Shown: positions 1-10,300, counted from the first letter of the stretch. The stretch: 64,000 nt of DNA from Candidatus Woesearchaeota archaeon (GCA_964530945.1 CAZHCJ010000001.1:2140-66139); one strand, 5' to 3'. Notes: a model not told the origin generated them from the letters alone. A program made the numbers and translations.

Positions 1-2223
1 ATCCGAGACGCGTTAGTTGAAGCATTTTTTGAAGGGAAAAAGGAGGCAAAAAAGCGTGTTCAAAACGCCATAAACAAGTCTAACGACATGGCTGCTGTTT
101 TTGATGCCGCTAAAACAAAAAAGTTTGAAAAACTTGAAAAAATAAAACTCCAAGTTGGAAAGCCAATAAAAGTTATGCTTGCCCAAAAAGCAAAAAATGT
201 TAAAGAAGCGTTCAAAGCCGTAGGAAAACCTGCAGCTGTAGAATTTAAATACGATGGATTTCGTTGCGTCACAGGACATACTTCTATTTATGAAAAAAAG
301 AAAGGGATAATTTCTATTAAGGATATAAAAGTTAATGATAATGTTTTAACTCATAAAGGAAATTTCAAAAAAGTAATTGCGATAAATAAAAGGATTATCG
401 ATAAAAAAGAAAGGTTGTTTGAGCTTCAATCCTTTTTAGGAAATGGTTTCAGAATTACAGAAAAACATCGCGTTTTTGTTTGCAGAAACGAAAAAATTCA
501 ATGGATGCCTGTGGAAAAAATGAAAAAGTCAGATGAATTGGTTTTCCCTTTACATAAAATAAAAGAAAAGAATATTTTAGAAAGAAGTTTGAAATTAGGA
601 AATAGTGCAGGTTATGAAAAAAACATCCCTGTGAATAAGTTTTTTTTCAGGTTTTTGGGTTATTGGATAGGGGATGGATTCACAAATAATTATCATAATA
701 CGGAAAGATGTGGAATTATTTTTAACAAAAAAACAGAAAGAAAATTATGCGATTACTATAAAAAAAATATAAAAAAATATTTTGGGATTAAAAAAATATC
801 TGAAAATATTCATAATGGTGCAATATACCTTTATTGGAGAGATAAACCATTTAGGATTTGGCTCTCTAAAAATTTTAGAAGAGAATGGAAAGGAAAAATG
901 TTGCCTGACTGGTTCTTTGGAATTTCTAAAGAAAATTTTGAAGAATTTTTAAAAGGTTGGATTGAATCTGATGGGCATAAAGATGGTATCGGGAGAATAA
1001 GTATAACTACAAAAGAAAGAGATTTAGCTACGATAGCACAACTTATTGCATTACAATTCAAAAAAGTTATAGGAATTAAAAAAATAAGGATAAACAATTC
1101 CACATATTATAAAATTATCATTCCTAAAACTAGCAAATATTTTAGATTTAAAAATAAAAATTTGCTTGTTAAAATATTTAAATTTAAAGAAATAAACAGA
1201 CCTGATCCAAGAATTCGTCTTTATAATCTCCAAGTAGAAGGCGATGAAAGTTATTGTACTACACTAGCAACGCTTCACAACTGTTTAATACATAAAAAAG
1301 AAACTGGCGAGATTATTCTTTTTACACGTCGTTTAGAAAATGTAACAAAACAGTTTCCTGAAGTGAAAGCTTACATAGAAAAATATGTTAGTGGCAAATC
1401 GTTCATTCTTGATTCTGAAGCCGTTGGTTTTGACAAAAAAACTAAAGAATACAAACCTTTCCAAGAAATAAGCCAAAGAATTCGGCGCAAGTATGACATT
1501 GACAAACTGAAAGAAAAACTTCCTATTGAAGTAAACGTTTTTGATGCATTGTATTACAATGGAAAATCTCTTTTAGATATGCCATTCAAAAAGCGTTCTG
1601 AGATTGTGAGAAAAGCTGTTAAACCGCATCCTTACAAAATAATAAGCTCAAAACAAATAATAACATCAAGCGAGAGTAAGGCACAGAAATTCTACGAACA
1701 AGCATTGAAAGACAGACAAGAAGGAGTTATGTTTAAAAACCTCGATGCAAAATACCAGCCCGGAAGCAGAGTAGGACACATGTTAAAAATAAAACCTGAA
1801 GAACGTGACTTGGATTTAGTAATCACAGGGGCAGAATATGGCACAGGAAAAAGAAGTGGTTGGCTTTCAAGCTTCATTCTCTCTTGTTATGATGAAAAGA
1901 AAAAGAAATTTCTTGAGATTGGAAAAGTTGGTACGGGAATAAAGGAAAAAGATAAGATGGGTATCTCATTTGGCGAACTCACAAAAAGACTAAAACCCCA
2001 CATCACAAAAGAAAAAGGCAAAAAAGTGTATATTAAACCGCACTTAGTTGTTTCTGTAACTTATCAAGAAATCCAACATTCTCCAAATTACAATTCTAAC
2101 TTTGCATTGCGTTTCCCACGTTTCACTGCTTTACGCCCTGATAGAAAACCCCAAGATATAACAACTTTGCAAGAAGTGATAAAAGATTACGAAAGCCAAA
2201 AAAGAAATTATAAGTATGGATAA
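1..2223 (+). CDS. lig: ATP-dependent DNA ligase, intein-containing; 5' end lies outside the window
   Basis: Motif I EFKYDGFR, then IILFTRRLEN, ILDSEAV, VNVFDAL, EGVMFK, C-terminal OB fold with LRFPRF. The frame is open from base 1. Confidence 0.95.
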   Translation: MRDALVEAFFEGKKEAKKRVQNAINKSNDMAAVFDAAKTKKFEKLEKIKLQVGKPIKVMLAQKAKNVKEAFKAVGKPAAVEFKYDGFRCVTGHTSIYEKKKGIISIKDIKVNDNVLTHKGNFKKVIAINKRIIDKKERLFELQSFLGNGFRITEKHRVFVCRNEKIQWMPVEKMKKSDELVFPLHKIKEKNILERSLKLGNSAGYEKNIPVNKFFFRFLGYWIGDGFTNNYHNTERCGIIFNKKTERKLCDYYKKNIKKYFGIKKISENIHNGAIYLYWRDKPFRIWLSKNFRREWKGKMLPDWFFGISKENFEEFLKGWIESDGHKDGIGRISITTKERDLATIAQLIALQFKKVIGIKKIRINNSTYYKIIIPKTSKYFRFKNKNLLVKIFKFKEINRPDPRIRLYNLQVEGDESYCTTLATLHNCLIHKKETGEIILFTRRLENVTKQFPEVKAYIEKYVSGKSFILDSEAVGFDKKTKEYKPFQEISQRIRRKYDIDKLKEKLPIEVNVFDALYYNGKSLLDMPFKKRSEIVRKAVKPHPYKIISSKQIITSSESKAQKFYEQALKDRQEGVMFKNLDAKYQPGSRVGHMLKIKPEERDLDLVITGAEYGTGKRSGWLSSFILSCYDEKKKKFLEIGKVGTGIKEKDKMGISFGELTKRLKPHITKEKGKKVYIKPHLVVSVTYQEIQHSPNYNSNFALRFPRFTALRPDRKPQDITTLQEVIKDYESQKRNYKYG
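265..1281 (+). mobile_element. Intein with LAGLIDADG homing endonuclease (339 aa) in DNA ligase
   Basis: Starts CVTGHTSI, ends LATLHN, +1 residue is Cys. LAGLIDADG-like blocks FLGYWIGDG and FLKGWIESDG. Removal restores KYDGFR-CLIHK. Confidence 0.93.
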
Positions 2224-2376
2224 TTCACAAAGATTAAAAATATTTATATTCTTGGCTCAAAACAAATTCCGACGACGCCTTTTAAATTCTTTATAAAGGA
2301 ATTCGAAGCCTTTATAAATGAGTTTCGCTCTCAAATAATAGTAAAAAAACCTTGGAAACAACAGAAAAACCAAAAA

Positions 2377-2940
2377 ATGGCCAAAAAAGGACGAAGCACT
2401 TACAAAATCCAAAACATTGTAGCAACTACTTCTCTTGAAAAACCCATTCCTTTAACAAAATTGGCAAGAACACAACCAAACACAGAATACAATCCTGAAA
2501 CATTTCCAGGATTGGTTTTAAGAATTAAAGAACCCAAATCTGCCGTTTTAGTCTTCAGTTCAGGGAATCTTGTTTGCACCGGAACAAAATCAGTAGCCCA
2601 AGTACGTCGAGTAATTCAAGAAGTAATAAAACAACTTAAAAAAATAAATGTTAAGATTACAACAAAACCTAAAATAACTGTTCAAAATATTGTGGCAAGT
2701 GGAACAATAAATCTCAAACTTAATCTTAACTACTTCGCATTAGAAATGGAAAACACAGAATACGAACCCGAACAATTTCCTGGCTTGGTTTACAAACTTT
2801 TAGAGCCTAACGCAACATTCCTTTTATTCACAAACGGAAAGCTTGTTTGTACTGGGACAAAAAACCGAAAACAGCTTGAATACAGCATGGAACAACTTCT
2901 AAAAAACGTTAAGGAAGTTTTGAAAGGTTATCGTAAGTGA
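2377..2940 (+). CDS. tbp: TATA-box binding protein
   Basis: Two repeats: QNIVA...EYNPETFPGLV...VFSSGNLVCTGTK and QNIVA...EYEPEQFPGLV...LFTNGKLVCTGTK. Confidence 0.97.
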   Translation: MAKKGRSTYKIQNIVATTSLEKPIPLTKLARTQPNTEYNPETFPGLVLRIKEPKSAVLVFSSGNLVCTGTKSVAQVRRVIQEVIKQLKKINVKITTKPKITVQNIVASGTINLKLNLNYFALEMENTEYEPEQFPGLVYKLLEPNATFLLFTNGKLVCTGTKNRKQLEYSMEQLLKNVKEVLKGYRK

Positions 2941-3036
2941 AATCTCAACTCCCACCCCTCAAAAGTAACCTTTATCTTTCTAAAACAACAAATTTTTCAC
3001 AACAAACTATAAAAATCAAACCAGTGTATTTTTTAT

Positions 3037-6000
3037 ATGGTTGAAAAAAATCTAAAAAAGAGGGAATCTAAAAAAGAGGATTTGATGATTGAGGCAAAAG
3101 GTTTCTTTGAATCTTACAAAAAAGAAATCGGACAATCATTAAAAAGAGGTAAGGGGGCAATATTCGTTGATTTTATGAGAATCACTGAGCATAGCAGCAA
3201 GCTTTCTGAAGAACTCCTTGTCAATCCAGAAGAAACCCTAAGATTAGTTGAAGTCGCCATAGAAGAACTTGGGTTGATAGATAGTGCTCGTGTGCGTCTT
3301 TTTAACCTTCCCGAAAGCCAGGAAATAGAAATAGGGAACATACGCTCACGTAATTTAAACGAGATGATAGTCATTGAAGGAATTGTCCGCCAAGCTTCTG
3401 AGGTTAGACCACAGGTTGTCAATGCAAAATTCGAATGTCCTAGTTGTGGAACAACTATTTCTGTAATGCAAATGGAAAAAAAATTTCGTGAACCTTCTAG
3501 ATGTTCCTGTGGCCGTAGAGGAGGGTTTAAACTAATTTCTAAAGAGATGGTAGATACACAACGTTTAGTAGTGGAAGAAGCTCCTGAATCCCTTTCAGGA
3601 GGAGAACAACCAAAACGTATGAATGCGTTTCTTAAGGAAGACCTTGTAGAACCAAGCATGGAAGAAAAAACAACTCCTGGTAGCCGAGTAAAAGTAATCG
3701 GTGTTTTAAAAGAAGTCCCGGTTCCAATGCGGACGGGAGGATTATCAACACGTTTTGAATTGGCATTAGAAGTAAACAACATCATTCCTTTGGAAGAAAC
3801 ATTTGAAGATTTAGACATTAATGAAGAAGATGAAAGACAAATTCTTGAATTGTCTCAAGACCCAAAGCTCTATGAAAAACTCAAAAAGAGCATGATTCCA
3901 AGTGTTTGGGGTTATGATGAAATAAAGAAATCTTTAGTCCTGCAATTATTCGGAGGGGTGAGGAAAACCCATGCAGATGGCCAAATAAGTCGTGGCGACT
4001 TCCACATTCTTTTAATTGGAGATCCAGGTGTTGCAAAATCTGCAACTTTGGGCTTTATGGCACGTATCGCCCCCAAAGGACGTTACGTAGTAGGAAAATC
4101 TACAAGCGGAGCTGGATTGACTGCAACTGTTGTTCGTGATGAATATTTAAGAGGTTGGAGCTTAGAAGCAGGTACCATGGTTTTGGCAAACAAAGGCCTT
4201 GTTTGTATTGATGAATTAGAAAAAATGGACCCTCAAGATAGAAGCGCCATGCACGAAGCAATGGAACAACAATGCATGTTGCCAAATTTCGAACTTCTCC
4301 TTTCAAACGGAAAAAATGTTTCAATAGGAAAACTCGTAGATAATCTCATTGAAAAAAACAAAAAATCAGTCTACAAAGGCAAAGATTGTGAAATTTTGCC
4401 TGTAAAAAATCTTGAACTCTTATCTACAGATTTTCAAAAGCATTTTCCCATAAAAGCAGACAGAATCAGCCGCCACAAGGCTCCAAAAGAATTCGTAAAA
4501 ATAACGCTTTCAAATGGGAGAGAGATAACCGTGACTCCAGAACATCCTTGCTGGATTGTTAAAAATGGAGAAATAACAACAATTCCTGCAGAAAAATTGA
4601 AAGAGGGTGGATTTTTCCCTGTTCCCTCAAAAATTGATATAAATGAAAAAAAGTATAAAAAGAAAAATGATGTGTTGTGTAAAATTCTAGGCTATCATAT
4701 TTCTGATGGTTGCTACGAACTAAACAGGGGTAAAAAGAACGGTATACAATTCTGGAACAATGATAAAAAACTTATTGATGATTATAGGATGGCCGTTGAA
4801 GATTACTTCAATGTGAAAACAAGTTTAACTCAAAGAAAACACCAATACGCTGTAAGAGTTGTTTCAAAAAAGGTTGTTGAAAAAATCAAGAAAATAGATA
4901 AAAATTTGTTGGAAAAAGGGAATATTAAAAAAATTCCTGAAAAGATAATGCAACTCCCAAAAGAAAACATAAAATATCTCTTAAGGACCCTCTTTGATGG
5001 GGATGGAACGGTAGTTCTTCAAAAAAGAGGAAGTTGTAAGGTGACTTTAACTACTGAAAACAAAGATTTAGCAAAACAAGTTTCAGATTTACTTTTAAGA
5101 TTTGGGATTCAATCTTCAATATTCAAAGATAAGAATTTTAAGAAAGTGGACATCAGCGGACAAGAAAACCTAGGCTTATTCCTTAGAGAAATAAGCTTCT
5201 TATCTCAAAAGAAAAAGAATAGGTTGAAAAAATATTGTGAAAAAGAAAAAACATACCGTTCTATCAGAGACATAATTCCAGGGTGTACTGAAAAAATAAA
5301 TGAAATTTTCAAAAAATTAAAAATTTCTGCAAGAAAAGAAATAGGTCACTCTATAGATTTGGGAGTTGAAAAACACAGAATTTTCCTTCAAAAACTTGTT
5401 CTCATAGCAAAAAAGAAAATTTCTAAGATAAAAAACCCAAATAAAAAAATAGTTAGAGATTTAGAAAATATAGAAAGATTAGCTTTTGGATATTCTAGAT
5501 GGGTTAAAATAAAAAAAGTAGAAAAAATAAAAAATGAAGGAATACCTTGGGTTTATGATGTAACTATCGAGCCTTTCCACACCTTCATATCAAATGGCAT
5601 GGTTTTGCATAACACTGTAACCATCAGCAAAGCCAATGTTCATGCAACTTTAAGATCCCAAACATCTGTATTAGCAGCCGCAAACCCCAAATTTGGCCGT
5701 TTCGACCCTTATCAATCTATTTCTAGACAAATTGATTTACCTCCAACATTAATTAACCGTTTTGATGTTATCTTCCCTTTGCGTGATTTGCCTGATAAAA
5801 ACAAAGATGAAAAAATTGCTCAACACGTTTTAAGAGAACACCAAGAAACCGGTCAAGAGATGTTTATTCCTAAAGAGCTATTAAGAAAATATGTTGCTTA
5901 TGCTAAGCAAAGAGTGAAACCCATGTTAAGCGATGAAGCAGTCAAAGAAATAAAAAAATTCTATGTGGACTTAAGAAACATGCCTGTAAGCTCAGAAAGC

Positions 6001-6411
6001 TCAATGAAACCAATTCCCATATCTGCAAGACAACTCCAAGCATTAATTCGTTTATCTGAGGCAGCTGCAAAAATGCGCTTAAGCCAAGAGGTCACTTTAG
6101 AAGATACAGAAAGAGCAATTGAAATAATGAAATACTATCTTATGCAAGTCGGTTATGACTACGAATCAAAAACATTCGACATAGATCGTGGAACGGGTGG
6201 AATGCCCGCATCCGAGAGAAATAAAGTCTTCTTAGTAAGGGATACGATCACCCAATTAGAAGAAAAACTCGGAAAAATGATCCCCATAGAAGAAATAGAA
6301 AATGCTTTAGAAGACAAAATGTCAAAAACAGAAATTGAAGAAGCAATAACTAAATTAGATATAAGCGGAGTGATTTTCAAACCACGCCGTGGATATGTCG
6401 GAAAGACCTAA
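3037..6411 (+). CDS. mcm: MCM replicative helicase, intein-containing
   Basis: Zn finger CPSC..CSC, Walker A GDPGVAKS, Walker B CIDELEKM, AAANPKFGRF, NRFD, SARQL, C-terminal winged helix. Confidence 0.97.
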   Translation: MVEKNLKKRESKKEDLMIEAKGFFESYKKEIGQSLKRGKGAIFVDFMRITEHSSKLSEELLVNPEETLRLVEVAIEELGLIDSARVRLFNLPESQEIEIGNIRSRNLNEMIVIEGIVRQASEVRPQVVNAKFECPSCGTTISVMQMEKKFREPSRCSCGRRGGFKLISKEMVDTQRLVVEEAPESLSGGEQPKRMNAFLKEDLVEPSMEEKTTPGSRVKVIGVLKEVPVPMRTGGLSTRFELALEVNNIIPLEETFEDLDINEEDERQILELSQDPKLYEKLKKSMIPSVWGYDEIKKSLVLQLFGGVRKTHADGQISRGDFHILLIGDPGVAKSATLGFMARIAPKGRYVVGKSTSGAGLTATVVRDEYLRGWSLEAGTMVLANKGLVCIDELEKMDPQDRSAMHEAMEQQCMLPNFELLLSNGKNVSIGKLVDNLIEKNKKSVYKGKDCEILPVKNLELLSTDFQKHFPIKADRISRHKAPKEFVKITLSNGREITVTPEHPCWIVKNGEITTIPAEKLKEGGFFPVPSKIDINEKKYKKKNDVLCKILGYHISDGCYELNRGKKNGIQFWNNDKKLIDDYRMAVEDYFNVKTSLTQRKHQYAVRVVSKKVVEKIKKIDKNLLEKGNIKKIPEKIMQLPKENIKYLLRTLFDGDGTVVLQKRGSCKVTLTTENKDLAKQVSDLLLRFGIQSSIFKDKNFKKVDISGQENLGLFLREISFLSQKKKNRLKKYCEKEKTYRSIRDIIPGCTEKINEIFKKLKISARKEIGHSIDLGVEKHRIFLQKLVLIAKKKISKIKNPNKKIVRDLENIERLAFGYSRWVKIKKVEKIKNEGIPWVYDVTIEPFHTFISNGMVLHNTVTISKANVHATLRSQTSVLAAANPKFGRFDPYQSISRQIDLPPTLINRFDVIFPLRDLPDKNKDEKIAQHVLREHQETGQEMFIPKELLRKYVAYAKQRVKPMLSDEAVKEIKKFYVDLRNMPVSSESSMKPIPISARQLQALIRLSEAAAKMRLSQEVTLEDTERAIEIMKYYLMQVGYDYESKTFDIDRGTGGMPASERNKVFLVRDTITQLEEKLGKMIPIEEIENALEDKMSKTEIEEAITKLDISGVIFKPRRGYVGKT
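4273..5613 (+). mobile_element. Intein with LAGLIDADG homing endonuclease (447 aa) in MCM
   Basis: EAMEQQ|CMLPN...NGMVLHN|TVTISKA. Block B VTPEHP; LAGLIDADG blocks ILGYHISDG and LLRTLFDGDG. Confidence 0.95.
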
Positions 6412-6451
6412 TCAAATAAACTTATAAACAAAACTTCTCTTTAAAAGACCA

Positions 6452-7096
6452 ATGGCGGATCAAAAATATAAAAGAAACACTGCATACAAATTTCGTATAG
6501 GAGACATTCTCGCAGGCAAACCCATAGTAAACCAAGTCGAAGGGAAAGACCGTTTTCAATTCTTAGAACTAGGGGACAAAAAAATTGCCAGAATCAATCT
6601 AGTTGGGAACATTGTAGATAAATATGAAGGCCAAGGCGACACAAATTTCCTCTCTTTGACTCTCGATGACGGTTCGGGGCAAATCCGTCTCAAGACTTTT
6701 GGAGATGATGTTGAGAAGTTCAAAGAAATCACACAGGGAACAACTGTAATCGCAATAGGTGTTTTAAGATACTGGAATGATGAGCTTTATCTCAGTCCCG
6801 AGATACTCAGAGAAACCGACCCCAAATATCTTCTATTGAGAAAACTCGAAACAGAAAAACTAAGAAACGAAATCTCTCAAAACAAACCCATAGGGAAAAA
6901 CAATAATGGTGCTGTAAAAGACAAAATACTTGATTTGATTAAAGATGCCGAAGAAAAAGGGGGAATTGAAATGGACGAAATGATAATGAATCTCAGAGAT
7001 TTCTCTCCAGATTTAATCAATCAAGAAGTCCAAAAACTTCTTGAAGAAGGCATAGCTTTCGAACCTCGCCCAGGAAAAATAAGGTATTTAGGATGA
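6452..7096 (+). CDS. OB-fold ssDNA-binding protein, RPA32-like, with C-terminal winged helix
   Basis: RINLVGNIVDK, LTLDDGSGQIRLK, C-terminal LLEEGIAFEPRPGKI; directly downstream of mcm. Confidence 0.8.
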   Translation: MADQKYKRNTAYKFRIGDILAGKPIVNQVEGKDRFQFLELGDKKIARINLVGNIVDKYEGQGDTNFLSLTLDDGSGQIRLKTFGDDVEKFKEITQGTTVIAIGVLRYWNDELYLSPEILRETDPKYLLLRKLETEKLRNEISQNKPIGKNNNGAVKDKILDLIKDAEEKGGIEMDEMIMNLRDFSPDLINQEVQKLLEEGIAFEPRPGKIRYLG

Positions 7097-7138
7097 TTAT
7101 TAGTCTCTAGAAATTTCTCAACAAAACATTTATATATG

Positions 7139-7158
7139 TATTATAATATATTATAATA
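7139..7158. promoter_or_regulatory. Perfect 20-bp palindrome abutting the start codon (putative operator)
   Basis: TATTATAATATATTATAATA is its own reverse complement; it follows a TATA-like TTTATATA. Confidence 0.5.
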
Positions 7159-7907
7159 TGGAAACCATAACTAAAAAGACTAGGGAAGTTGGAACTTCAT
7201 CAGGAGTTTTATTGCCAAGAAAATGGCTTAACAAAGAAGTAATTGTAACTCTCTTAGAAAAATCCCAAAAAAGAATCGCAAAAGATGTTCTAGAAATTCT
7301 TTTCAAAAAAAATCTGAACGAAGAAATAAAAGGAATTTACCTCGTTGGTTCTTATGCCCGGGACGAACAAGACGCAAATAGTGATATAGATGTTTTAGTA
7401 ATCACTCAAAATACAAGCAAATTGATCAATCATGAAAATTACGAGATTCTTTTAATTCCAGAAAAAAATTTTAAAAAAAATCTTCCGAATAATCTTAATT
7501 ATTTATCTATGTTAAAAGAAGCAGAAAGCTTAGTTAATAAAGGGTTGATAAAAAAATATTCCTCTAAAAAATACTCTCCAAACTTCAAACGAAACTTGGA
7601 AGAGATAAAGAATATTATGGATATAAATAAAGAAAGTGTTGAAATTTATGGCGAGTTGAATAAAAATGTTTCTGACGGGGTGATCTACTCCATTATATTG
7701 AGACTTAGAGAACTTTACCTAATAAAATGTCTAATCAGCAACAAAAAATATTACAAAAAAAAATTTATGCAATCTGTGAATAAAAAAACTTATGACGCGT
7801 ATTTAAGAATAAAGAGAAATGAAAAAGAAAAAAATGTTGTTTCCGTGGATGAAGCAAAAAAACTTTTAAGTTTATATAAAGAATGGTTAAAAGAGATAAA
7901 AGATTGA
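7158..7907 (+). CDS. Minimal nucleotidyltransferase (MNT) domain protein with short N-terminal AbrB/DUF2080-like segment
   Basis: GIYLVGSYARDEQDANSDIDVLVI (GSxAR...SDxD); N-terminus REVGTSSGVLLPRKWLNKEVIV. Confidence 0.75.
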   Translation: METITKKTREVGTSSGVLLPRKWLNKEVIVTLLEKSQKRIAKDVLEILFKKNLNEEIKGIYLVGSYARDEQDANSDIDVLVITQNTSKLINHENYEILLIPEKNFKKNLPNNLNYLSMLKEAESLVNKGLIKKYSSKKYSPNFKRNLEEIKNIMDINKESVEIYGELNKNVSDGVIYSIILRLRELYLIKCLISNKKYYKKKFMQSVNKKTYDAYLRIKRNEKEKNVVSVDEAKKLLSLYKEWLKEIKD

Positions 7908-8140
7908 AAAAAGGAATTCAATCTCTTAAAGAACAAATAGGAAAGCATTTCTCAAAAATAGAAAAAGCTATTCAAGAAAAGAAATTTGAACTTGGAAGAT
8001 ACCATACAAAAGAAATAGATAAAAGCCTCATAAGGGCATTGGAACTTAAGCTAAAAATTCTTGAAACCAATGATAATTCTGTTAAAAAATACAGAAAAAG
8101 GTTAAAAGAGATGGAAAAAGAATTAGATTCATTAGAATAA
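7883..8140 (+). CDS. Small helical hypothetical protein overlapping the MNT gene (possible TA partner)
   Basis: 85-aa ORF overlapping the 3' end of the upstream gene. Confidence 0.55.
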   Translation: MVKRDKRLKKGIQSLKEQIGKHFSKIEKAIQEKKFELGRYHTKEIDKSLIRALELKLKILETNDNSVKKYRKRLKEMEKELDSLE

Positions 8141-8758
8141 TTACTTTTTCTTAACTTTCTTCTTTCCTTTCTTGTCTAAACTAAACATTTCATTAAAATA
8201 ATACGCGAGCCAAATCAATGCAGCCAACCCCAATAAAGAAAGTACAAACTTCAGCCAATCGTCAGCATATTTCCAAAATTCTCCGATTCCCCAAAGAATC
8301 ACTCCGACACCTCCTGCCATAAGCCCGGCACCAACGCTCTCTAATCCAAAAACCAAAGCCCCGATTGCAATAATCACCAATCCAAGAATTAAAGTTATAA
8401 AAAATAAGTTTCTTGAATAATCTTCCCGAGCTTGTTCATAAGCATCAAAACAAGTCTCTCCAGACAAAACTATTTCGCACTGTGCCTGTGTTTCAAAAGT
8501 ATTCACTCCATCAGGCCCACACCCTGACCCGCACTCGTTAAACTCACAGGTTTGGATTTCAGGATTAATTTCCCACATCTCCACACAAACCGCAGGGCAA
8601 ACACTTTCATTACCATCTATTGCCCTTGGATAACGGTCGGAAGAACAAAAATCATTGTACTCCGGATTGTCTCCATAAAAAAGATTTATCCCATTGACTG
8701 CAACAGCTATGGTTAATATAAGTATTGCAATTCCAATAACATAATTCTTTAGACTCAT
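8141..8758 (-). CDS. Multi-pass membrane protein with a Cys-rich extracellular loop
   Basis: Four hydrophobic segments; the loop holds seven Cys (CPAVC, CEFNECGSGC). Confidence 0.75.
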   Translation of the reverse strand: MSLKNYVIGIAILILTIAVAVNGINLFYGDNPEYNDFCSSDRYPRAIDGNESVCPAVCVEMWEINPEIQTCEFNECGSGCGPDGVNTFETQAQCEIVLSGETCFDAYEQAREDYSRNLFFITLILGLVIIAIGALVFGLESVGAGLMAGGVGVILWGIGEFWKYADDWLKFVLSLLGLAALIWLAYYFNEMFSLDKKGKKKVKKK

Positions 8759-8848
8759 TCTACTCTAAAACAGTTTAAAGAGATTTATAAAACTTATCAC
8801 ACACTAAAACACAATAATTTTTTTAAATGGGAAAAAATTGGGCAATTA

Positions 8849-9199
8849 ATGGACAAAATAAAACTAAAAGGATTAGAAAATTATGTTGTTCTAGAGTTTG
8901 CAGAAGGCACTTGGGAATCCAGAGTAGTTGATGCGAATCACGCAATGGAAAGATATGGAGATAAACTAGAGATAAATATTAATCCTCATGAAGAAACATG
9001 GTCTTTCAATCCTAACTTAGATTCAAATGAAAAACCAAAAAGATATTCTATAGGAAACAGTAGGCCTGATGCAAGAACTGAAGATGGAGGTATCATTGGT
9101 GTTTATGATAAAAGGAATACTGGCCATTTAGGCTCAATGGTGAGGGTCTGGGGCGAAATAACAAGGGGGTTGGAAAATCCTTTTTCAACAACCAAATAG
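8849..9199 (+). CDS. Hypothetical protein
   Basis: 116-aa ORF with ATG start and TTTTAAAT upstream. Confidence 0.6.
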   Translation: MDKIKLKGLENYVVLEFAEGTWESRVVDANHAMERYGDKLEININPHEETWSFNPNLDSNEKPKRYSIGNSRPDARTEDGGIIGVYDKRNTGHLGSMVRVWGEITRGLENPFSTTK

Positions 9200-9242
9200 A
9201 TATCCTCAAAAGACTTATATACTTCTGTTTTGAAAATATCGC

Positions 9243-9662
9243 ATGGCAAAAGAAGAATATGAAAAGCTTTTAGAAGAGGCATACAAATCAGTTAAGCAAC
9301 CAAAAGGCACCGAAGAGCGTTTTGAAATTCCAAAAGTGAAAGGGCACTTTGAAGGTAAAAAAACTCTTATTACAAACTTCTCTCAAATTGTTTCTTACTT
9401 AAGAAGAAAACCTGAACATTTGCAAAAGTTTCTATTGAAAGGTTTGGCAGTTTCTGGACAAAGAGAATCAGATCGCTTAGTCTTAAACAGAAACGTTCCA
9501 AGCTCAAAAATTAATGAAAAAATAGCCCGATATGCAAAAGAGTTTATTATATGTAAAGAATGTGGGAAGCCAGACACCGAGTTAAAAAAAGATTCTTCTG
9601 CACGTGTCAGTGTAATGCACTGCTTGGCTTGTGGAGCAAAACACCCTGTCCATAGTGTTTGA
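9243..9662 (+). CDS. eif2b: Translation initiation factor aIF-2 beta subunit
   Basis: YEKLLEEAY, ERFEIP, CKECGKPDT...CLACGA zinc ribbon. Confidence 0.93.
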   Translation: MAKEEYEKLLEEAYKSVKQPKGTEERFEIPKVKGHFEGKKTLITNFSQIVSYLRRKPEHLQKFLLKGLAVSGQRESDRLVLNRNVPSSKINEKIARYAKEFIICKECGKPDTELKKDSSARVSVMHCLACGAKHPVHSV

Positions 9663-9731
9663 AGTAAAACATAACACTTTAAAACATAAAAAACATCTTA
9701 TTTTTAACAAAATACTAAACATGGAGGTAAA

Positions 9732-9923
9732 ATGGTAACAGGATATTGTGTAAAATGTAAAGAAAAGGGCCGTGAAATGAAAGACCCTGCTATACATCAA
9801 ACTGCTCGTGGAGGATTCATGGCAAAAGGTACTTGTGCAACATGTGGCACAAAAATGGCTGCTATGATGTCTAAAGACAACGCAGAAAAAGCTATTCAAG
9901 ACGGAGCAAAAAAAGCCTTTTAA
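9732..9923 (+). CDS. Small zinc-ribbon protein (DUF5679-like)
   Basis: GYCVKCK...KGTCATCGTKM; GGAGGT Shine-Dalgarno upstream. Confidence 0.8.
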   Translation: MVTGYCVKCKEKGREMKDPAIHQTARGGFMAKGTCATCGTKMAAMMSKDNAEKAIQDGAKKAF

Positions 9924-9973
9924 GGTAAGTTCCGTTTTCTTTTTTATTCATAAGTTAAATTTTAATAAACAAA

Positions 9974-10300
9974 ATGTTTGTAAATATAATTGAAAGTTAT
10001 AGGAATGTTGTAGCAATATGCGATTCAGAATTACTTGGAAAACGCTTCGAGGAGCTCATTGAGAACCAGCAAGAGAAAACTAAACAATTGCATATAAAAG
10101 AAAGCTTTTACAAAGGGAAAACAGGCAAAAAATATTCCAAGGAAGAAGTTCTAAATATTATGAAAAATTTTGAAAGAGAAGATTCTACTTTCAACATCGT
10201 TGGTCAAAAATCAATAAGTGCTGCCCTCAAAGCAGGCATCATTAACAAAGAACAAATAGCAAAAATTCAAAAAATTCCGTATGCCCTTGTTCTTCTTTAA
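9974..10300 (+). CDS. DUF424 family protein
   Basis: VVAICDSELLGK, ESFYKG, NIVGQKSI, IPYA. Confidence 0.85.
   Translation: MFVNIIESYRNVVAICDSELLGKRFEELIENQQEKTKQLHIKESFYKGKTGKKYSKEEVLNIMKNFEREDSTFNIVGQKSISAALKAGIINKEQIAKIQKIPYALVLL

Noticed and set aside
2224..3036. Replication origin near mcm
   Set aside because: No orc1/cdc6 gene and no repeated ORB-like boxes; the gaps look like ordinary promoters.
3114..3818. Long antisense ORFs (also 13934..14398 and 45486..46151)
   Set aside because: They lie opposite well-conserved genes and have no motifs of their own.
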